A stretch of DNA of 31,536 nt from an uncultured archaeon (lineage in GTDB: Archaea; Altiarchaeota; Altiarchaeia; IMC4; SCGC-AAA252-I15), in the NCBI GenBank assembly GCA_964587725.1, contig CAZPLO010000015.1, forward strand, positions 1 through 31,536, written 5' to 3'. Shown here piece after piece: positions 26,219 through 31,536 of this stretch; position 1 is the stretch's first letter, and each line of letters begins with the position of its first letter. The position numbers were made by a program, and so were the translations under genes. Under the pieces are notes generated by a model. The model worked only from the letters and a program-made list of their open reading frames with translations. It was not told where the DNA came from and ran no database searches.

Positions 26219-26992
26219 TTACGTGAGACCTAATATTTTGTTGAATATCATCGACGACGCGAACGAGCATATGAAGTAGAACGCGAACCACCCCAGGTTG
26301 AGGCCGAGTAATGTGACCACGTGGTTGGAGCCCGTGTTCCTGACAGACACGCCGTAGCTTATGCCGCCTTCCTCTATCATTCCCCCCGTCTTGTTGACGG
26401 AGACCATGCCTGCGCCGCCGGGCAGCGTATACTGCATGGTTGTTCCGTTGCGGAGCGTGTATTCCACCTCCGTGGGGGAGCGTCTCACATCGTAGTCTGT
26501 GGCGCCGGAAGACAGTCTGACCCCCGCCTCGGCGCCCTCGCCTGCGCCCAGTCGGCTCCAGTTCCACTCCACAGCCCTCTCGGACTCTATGTATCTGCCG
26601 AGTTCGCCTGCGTCGATGTTTGTGAACTCCACCCCCGCGGGCAGGTGGTCTGTGACTGTGACGTTGTATGCGGCGCCGAGTTCCCCGTATGTTCCGCGTA
26701 TCCACCCGAACACGAGGAAGAAGGGTATGATGGTGAATATCATCGGCTTCATGGAGTGCTTCATCTGCTCCATACTGCATGACATCATCTCCTTCTGATG
26801 CTTCTGCATGCCTTTGACGTCCTTCTTCTCCTGAGCCTCCTTGACCCTGGCCTGGCATTCCTTGATTTTCTCCTTGTGCTCGCGGAGCTTCTCCTTGTCC
26901 AACACCACGTGGCGGACGAGGGAGCTCATCAGGGTCATGCCGACCGAAATCAATCCGATGGTCTGTCCGGCCGCCGTTAACTCAAACACCAC
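26219..26992 (-). CDS. DUF106 / EMC3-TMCO1 (Oxa1 superfamily) membrane insertase with an inserted beta domain
   Basis: TM1, coiled coil, MKPMIFTIIPFFLVFGWI, C-terminal LGWFAFYFICSF...KILG. Conserved position after adk. Confidence 0.92.
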   Translation of the reverse strand: MVFELTAAGQTIGLISVGMTLMSSLVRHVVLDKEKLREHKEKIKECQARVKEAQEKKDVKGMQKHQKEMMSCSMEQMKHSMKPMIFTIIPFFLVFGWIRGTYGELGAAYNVTVTDHLPAGVEFTNIDAGELGRYIESERAVEWNWSRLGAGEGAEAGVRLSSGATDYDVRRSPTEVEYTLRNGTTMQYTLPGGAGMVSVNKTGGMIEEGGISYGVSVRNTGSNHVVTLLGLNLGWFAFYFICSFASSMIFNKILGLT

Positions 26993-27581
26993 TTAAACCA
27001 CTCAACACCCCTAAGAGGGTTTCAGCCGCCTGCGGCAGCGTGCCGTCGGGCTTCCATATGACTTTTATCGGCGTCCCCGTGAACACGGAGTACGCCACCG
27101 CTATGCTTCGGTTGACGCTCTGGTGGCGTTCTATGCCTTCGAGGTTGTCTAGTTCACGCCGTCTGAAGTCGTCTCCGATGTCTTTTTTTCTGAATTTGTT
27201 GACGTCCTGCGGCCTGCTCTCCAACACCACGATGACGTCGGGCTTCAGTTCGCGGAGCACCCACTCAGGCATCCCCGGAATGAAACCCAGGGGGGTTTCG
27301 ATGGTGGCGTGCGTGTCCAGGATGAGGTTTCTCTCGTCCGCCTGTTTCCTAATCTCCTGGGCGGCCTTCTTCTGTATATCCCGCTGCTTCTCCACCGGCA
27401 GCGACCGCATCTCGTCGCGGTGTTCCACCAATTTCTCCGCCTGCGCGGCCTTCAGCATCTGGTCTCCGAAGTTCACCAGCTCAAAGTCTATTTCAACGCC
27501 TTTTTCTTCGGCCTTCTCGAACGCCTTCCGCACCACCGTGGACTTCCCCACGCCCGGCACGCCCGTCATGACAACCAACAT
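26982..27581 (-). CDS. adkA: Archaeal adenylate kinase
   Basis: GVPGVGKST, NFGD, HRDEMRSLP, LDTHA, GFIPGMP, HQSVNR. Confidence 0.95.
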   Translation of the reverse strand: MLVVMTGVPGVGKSTVVRKAFEKAEEKGVEIDFELVNFGDQMLKAAQAEKLVEHRDEMRSLPVEKQRDIQKKAAQEIRKQADERNLILDTHATIETPLGFIPGMPEWVLRELKPDVIVVLESRPQDVNKFRKKDIGDDFRRRELDNLEGIERHQSVNRSIAVAYSVFTGTPIKVIWKPDGTLPQAAETLLGVLSGLSGV

Positions 27582-27657
27582 CTTCCAATCACCTTAGGAT
27601 AAAACTATGAAACCAAGTCCAAATATAAGCGAATCAGGGAATAAAAAAGCGCTACTC

Positions 27658-30468
27658 CTAGGACTCCCGAATACGCATGCCCACGGATTCGACGAGCTCC
27701 CTCCTCAACTCCTCATTATCGTAGACTCCATGGGTTTGGCGCCGCAGCAGGCTCAGCGCGGCCTGCGCATACTTTTTCCTTTCAGCGCCGTCTTTGACGG
27801 CGGCAACCACGGTGAAGAGCTTCCTGGCTGCGTCCTCGGGTGACGAACGATTGGCCTGCATAGCCCACTCACTCTCTTCTATTTCGTCGTAGGACATGCC
27901 GTTACCGCTGTGTTTTTCTCCGTCCCTGCCGACGAATTGCTGCTCGTGCATGTTCCTAATCCACACAGCAGCATCCCCTCCATCAAGGGACTGGTTTATC
28001 AGCTCAGCCCGCCTGTCCTCGCTCGGCGACGACATGGTGTGCATCAGTGCGAGCCTGCGCCTGGCCTTCTCCTCGTCGGACATTTTCTCACCGGCCAGCG
28101 ACCGGAACCGCTCCCTCTCCTGTTTGTTGAATGTGCGCCCCAGTCTCTTGTCCAACATGTCCGACGCCAGTTTCGCGTACTCCCGTTGCGCATCCGGGTC
28201 TTCAACAGCCGTGACACGGTCGAGTACGAGTTCGGCGGGGGATTTGCCTTCTTCACCCGCTTTATTATTCAGGTTACCCATCAGCTCATCCTCCATTTGT
28301 TCGAACGTCTTCGACACGGCTCTGCCGGCGGGTGTTTCGGGCTGCGACAGCCCCCGGTTAATCCATTCATCCGCCGGATTGCCTTCGGAGGAGTTCATGA
28401 TGGCCTGTACCTCTCCAGAATCGCTTGACACCGCCGCATACAACAGCCTTATGCGCTTCCTAGCCGTCTCCTCGTCGGACGTCTCTTCCCTGCGTTCCCG
28501 CGGTTGTGGTGATTCCTCGGTTTCGGCGGGCGCCTTCTCAGCCGCCTTTTTTGGGGGGTACAGGTGTTCTAGCAGCTGCTTGGCAGGGTCTAAGTACTTT
28601 TCCCGGGTCTCACCGGATTCCTTGAGCACGGGATTAACTGCCTTGGCGTATCCACTGCGTGAGCCTGTTTTTTCCAGGAAATCCTGTATTTCACGGTCTT
28701 TCAGTGAGTCGGTGGACACGCCTCCAACGTCGGATGGCGGTGTTTTGCCGGACGCTACCGCCTTCACCAGCGCAATCATCCTACGGCCCCGCTCCGCTAC
28801 CTCAGGATTTTCAGAGAGCAGCTGGCGCGTAAGATAGAGGCTTAACACCCTCTCTCCATCGGACTGTTTTGATGCCGGCTTCTGCTTTGCGGCGGGCTCC
28901 TCTGCTTCGGAGTGGGTTTCTACGCGGGGACCTTCTCCCTCATCTATTTCCGTTGGGCCGCCGACCGCGCCTGTAGACGGTTTTCCTCCTTCGGTTTCCT
29001 CTATTTTTTGGCCTGTGAGCTTCGACCAGTTTCTCTCGATAATCTGTTTCTCCCGCCTGGAGTAGTATAGTTTGCCTTCGTCCAGTTTCTCCTTGGCTCT
29101 CTCCGCCTCCGCCTTTGCATCCTCACCAGGCCCGTATTTTTTCTCGAACACGCTGAGGTTGTGGTGTAGTACCGCGTTGTCGCCGTATAATCTGATGGAG
29201 TCGCCCAGGTAACCTCTGATCTTCTTCGCTTGTTCCTCGTCCAGTACACCGCCTTCTTCAGCACCGTGTCTGGTGTTGTATGCGAGCTGACCGAGTGAAA
29301 CAGCCTGCAGGCGTCTGTTGCCGGTTTGGACTGCCACATTGGTTGCAGCGATCGAATACCCTGTTTCGTATTTTCCGCCCCTCGCCCGAGCCACCGCCTT
29401 TATGTGACATCCCTGTGCAAGTGAGTTCATGACCTCATCCGAGTTGCCGCGGAAGTCTATTTCCTTGGACTCACGGGCTTCTTTGAGTATCTCATCGCCG
29501 GACCCTCCCGCACGCCCTATGAGGGAGTCGGCGAGCTGTTCAGCCTCGTTAAGCAGCGCACTTCTCCCGTCCCCCTTTTCGCCCGCCGCCGCCTCCAGCA
29601 GCGCCTTAGCGTATGAGTTGGCGAACAAGTAGACCTCCCGCTCCGCATTCGCCCGCCGACCTTCATCCCCGCCCGCCAGGTCATCCACCATGCGGTTGAA
29701 GACTATCAACCCGTCTTCGCCACGGTAGCTGTCAGCCATCTCGCGGGAGGCTTTAATGGCTTCGGTGAAGTTGTCTTCCGTCAGCAGCGACCTCCCCAGC
29801 AGACGTCTGCCTTTGAAATCCTCCAGGGACGTGAGGGATGCTCCCGCACGCCTCTCACCTTCGGGGGAGACCTCCTCTTCAGCGGCTTCACCCGGCTTCG
29901 GAGCCTCAGCGGGGGCTGGTTCCTTTTCTGCTGGCTGTTCTTCCCCCATCCGCGCTCCCACATCAACCGGCTTAGGCAACTCATCACCCTTAGCCCTTCT
30001 CCTGACATCAACGAGGGTTTTCTTCACCGCCGAATCAACTTGAGTGAACTCTTCCCCTCTGTTTACGAGGATGGATGTTTCTTCGGAGTCCAGGCCGGGG
30101 CTCGTGAGTTGATCGTTGAGTGTGCCCAACACCTGGGTTTTACCGTCTCTCACGATGCCGACGTGGAGTGTCCTGTCCTCCGGGTCGGCGGCCGCCTGAC
30201 CCAGCCTGCGCGTTTCGAATAATTCCTCTGCAAGCTTCGGATTCTGTGAGACATCAACAGACAGTTGGGGGCCTGACGCACTCGCCGACGTTATCCTGCT
30301 GCCGGGTTTAAGCTGCCCAGGGTCTTTGATTTCCTTGCCAACCAACCCGTACATGCTGCCGCCGTCAAAGACGGCCAAGGCCATGTTGGGGTCGGCTGCT
30401 ATTTTAAGAAAGCTCTCCCTCTGCTCAGGCGTTAGAGCCTGCCTGGCTGCTGCCTTCTCGACTGCCAT
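27658..30468 (-). CDS. Large charged alpha-helical hypothetical protein with TPR-like middle and three C-terminal repeats of about 130 aa
   Basis: Long open frame with Glu/Lys/Ala-rich composition and Pro/Glu linkers. Likely start is MAVEKAAARQ at 30468, as the sequence upstream is AT-rich. Confidence 0.8.
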   Translation of the reverse strand: MAVEKAAARQALTPEQRESFLKIAADPNMALAVFDGGSMYGLVGKEIKDPGQLKPGSRITSASASGPQLSVDVSQNPKLAEELFETRRLGQAAADPEDRTLHVGIVRDGKTQVLGTLNDQLTSPGLDSEETSILVNRGEEFTQVDSAVKKTLVDVRRRAKGDELPKPVDVGARMGEEQPAEKEPAPAEAPKPGEAAEEEVSPEGERRAGASLTSLEDFKGRRLLGRSLLTEDNFTEAIKASREMADSYRGEDGLIVFNRMVDDLAGGDEGRRANAEREVYLFANSYAKALLEAAAGEKGDGRSALLNEAEQLADSLIGRAGGSGDEILKEARESKEIDFRGNSDEVMNSLAQGCHIKAVARARGGKYETGYSIAATNVAVQTGNRRLQAVSLGQLAYNTRHGAEEGGVLDEEQAKKIRGYLGDSIRLYGDNAVLHHNLSVFEKKYGPGEDAKAEAERAKEKLDEGKLYYSRREKQIIERNWSKLTGQKIEETEGGKPSTGAVGGPTEIDEGEGPRVETHSEAEEPAAKQKPASKQSDGERVLSLYLTRQLLSENPEVAERGRRMIALVKAVASGKTPPSDVGGVSTDSLKDREIQDFLEKTGSRSGYAKAVNPVLKESGETREKYLDPAKQLLEHLYPPKKAAEKAPAETEESPQPRERREETSDEETARKRIRLLYAAVSSDSGEVQAIMNSSEGNPADEWINRGLSQPETPAGRAVSKTFEQMEDELMGNLNNKAGEEGKSPAELVLDRVTAVEDPDAQREYAKLASDMLDKRLGRTFNKQERERFRSLAGEKMSDEEKARRRLALMHTMSSPSEDRRAELINQSLDGGDAAVWIRNMHEQQFVGRDGEKHSGNGMSYDEIEESEWAMQANRSSPEDAARKLFTVVAAVKDGAERKKYAQAALSLLRRQTHGVYDNEELRRELVESVGMRIRES

Positions 30469-30540
30469 CGTCTTATTAGAATACGGTATTTCGGCCTTAA
30501 ATACTGTTGAAAACGCAAAAAACCAGTGGTTGAACAATGT

Positions 30541-31443
30541 TTAAATTGTTTTTAAATCATATGCTCCCAGGTATCCGCAGTTGAGGCTGTCCTTGTCCCG
30601 CACCGAATCCGGGAGGCCGCAGATTATGTGCGCACCCGCTTTCTTGTGCAGGCCGACGCCCCAGTCGCCGCCTTCCTCCATCGTCCGTCGGAGGTAACGG
30701 TTCAGGGTCGGAGCCCGCACCACCCCATGGTCCCTGAACTCATTGGCTGCTTCATCGTCGGCGCCTAAACCGGGGACTCTGCCGTAGACGAACACATAGG
30801 GTACCCTGACCCGGTCCCGGTAGTATCGTAGGACGCCTGCGAGTAGCTTCTGTGACAAACCTATGCCCCGCACATCCTCTCTCACCAACGCGAGAAGCAG
30901 GAAACCCACACCCCTGCCGGGCTTCAACGGACCCTCTGCCAGGTTCTCTATTTCGGTGAACCCCCTGAACCGGTGGGGGGAGTTGGGGGACATGACAGCC
31001 GCCGTCAACTCGTCCATCGAGTATTTATCCTCGGCCTCAAGCAGTCCCGCAAAGTATTCCTGGGGGTAGACGAACGTCTGCTTCGACGAGTTAACGGCCG
31101 TAACCGAGTCAGACTTCACCAGTATCTCTTGGTCGGGGGTCATCACATCCCCTCCCATGTAACGTAGGAGCGCGAACCTCATGGGGACGGTCTTCATCCG
31201 CTCAACCATCGCGGCGGATATGCTCTGCTGGAAAACCCTGGAACCGGATTCGGGGCGCCTGCCGTATCTCAGCCGGATGTATTCACCGAGTTTATCACCC
31301 AAACCGGACTGTCCCGGCTCCAGCACCTCCACATCAAGGCTTCCGCGTATGTGGTCGCCCGCATCCCGCAGGCCGCCGGTGAAGTAAACAGGCTCGGGAG
31401 GTTCCTGACCGCCCTGCCGGAAACCCCTGCGCAGCTTAGACAT
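30541..31443 (-). CDS. GNAT-fold protein (YkwB / PKS GNAT_L-like)
   Basis: Acyl-CoA-binding motif A VREDVRGIGLSQKLL, then YGRVPG and GLHKKAGAHIICGLP...DKDSLNCGYLGAYDL. Confidence 0.75.
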   Translation of the reverse strand: MSKLRRGFRQGGQEPPEPVYFTGGLRDAGDHIRGSLDVEVLEPGQSGLGDKLGEYIRLRYGRRPESGSRVFQQSISAAMVERMKTVPMRFALLRYMGGDVMTPDQEILVKSDSVTAVNSSKQTFVYPQEYFAGLLEAEDKYSMDELTAAVMSPNSPHRFRGFTEIENLAEGPLKPGRGVGFLLLALVREDVRGIGLSQKLLAGVLRYYRDRVRVPYVFVYGRVPGLGADDEAANEFRDHGVVRAPTLNRYLRRTMEEGGDWGVGLHKKAGAHIICGLPDSVRDKDSLNCGYLGAYDLKTI

Positions 31444-31477
31444 AGCATAATATAGGCGGGTGAAGGAGAAAAACAGT

Positions 31478-31536
31478 AGCTGGGGGGGAGATTTGAACTC
31501 CCGTTTGTCGGTCGCTGTGGCACAGCACGTGCCGCT
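31478..31536 (-). tRNA. 3' portion of an intron-containing tRNA (Tyr-GUA or Cys-GCA; 5' half outside the window)
   Basis: The minus strand shows T-arm GGGAG-TTCAAAT-CTCCC, acceptor 3' strand CCCCAGC plus T73 with no encoded CCA, and a 22-nt intron (31513-31534) with a GGCAC/GTGCC stem in bulge-helix-bulge register at 37/38. Confidence 0.85.

Noticed and set aside
31516-31526. TGCCA in a GCTG/CAGC hairpin read as a tRNA-Gly(GCC) anticodon loop
   Set aside because: The loop size and the distance to the T-arm do not fit a cloverleaf. The segment fits better as intron sequence.
1-31536. CRISPR array, rRNA, intein, selenocysteine codon or diversity-generating retroelement
   Set aside because: No regularly spaced DNA repeats, no reverse transcriptase and no intein-sized inserts in topA or others were seen. 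The hydrogenase ligands are all Cys codons.

Overview
GC-rich archaeal chromosomal window, probably DPANN-type (Altiarchaeota-like is an inference from the pilin signal motif, the giant surface protein and lineage-specific long ORFs). The left 6.5 kb is one uninterrupted minus-strand ORF of at least 2185 aa that the ORF track misses because it runs off the window edge. It encodes a modular secreted protein with a WapA/Rhs-N-like domain, two DNRLRE-like domains, a Gly-rich solenoid, Ig-like repeats and a nested LamG domain. Next come nurA, a small winged-helix ORF, topA, an ACT protein with hom, a TauE exporter, an orphan group 3b-like [NiFe]-hydrogenase large subunit with hypC, and mscS. These are followed by a complete glycine cleavage and lipoate cluster (gcvT-H-PA-PB-lipA, then lplB-lplA-lpd) split by an AT-rich islet that carries a hicB-hicA pair with an amber stop in hicB. 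The right side holds a pilin-like gene, a TPR protein, the adk-DUF106-rpl34e-cmk block, a repeat-containing protein of about 936 aa, a stand-alone GNAT_L-like protein and the 3' part of an intron-containing tRNA. The most unusual signals are a circularly permuted DUF11-like domain inside the Oxa1-superfamily DUF106 protein, nested domains in the giant protein, the broken antitoxin next to an apparently intact toxin, and a tRNA whose intron geometry suggests Tyr while its acceptor end looks like Cys. All family calls come from motif recognition by eye; no searches were run.
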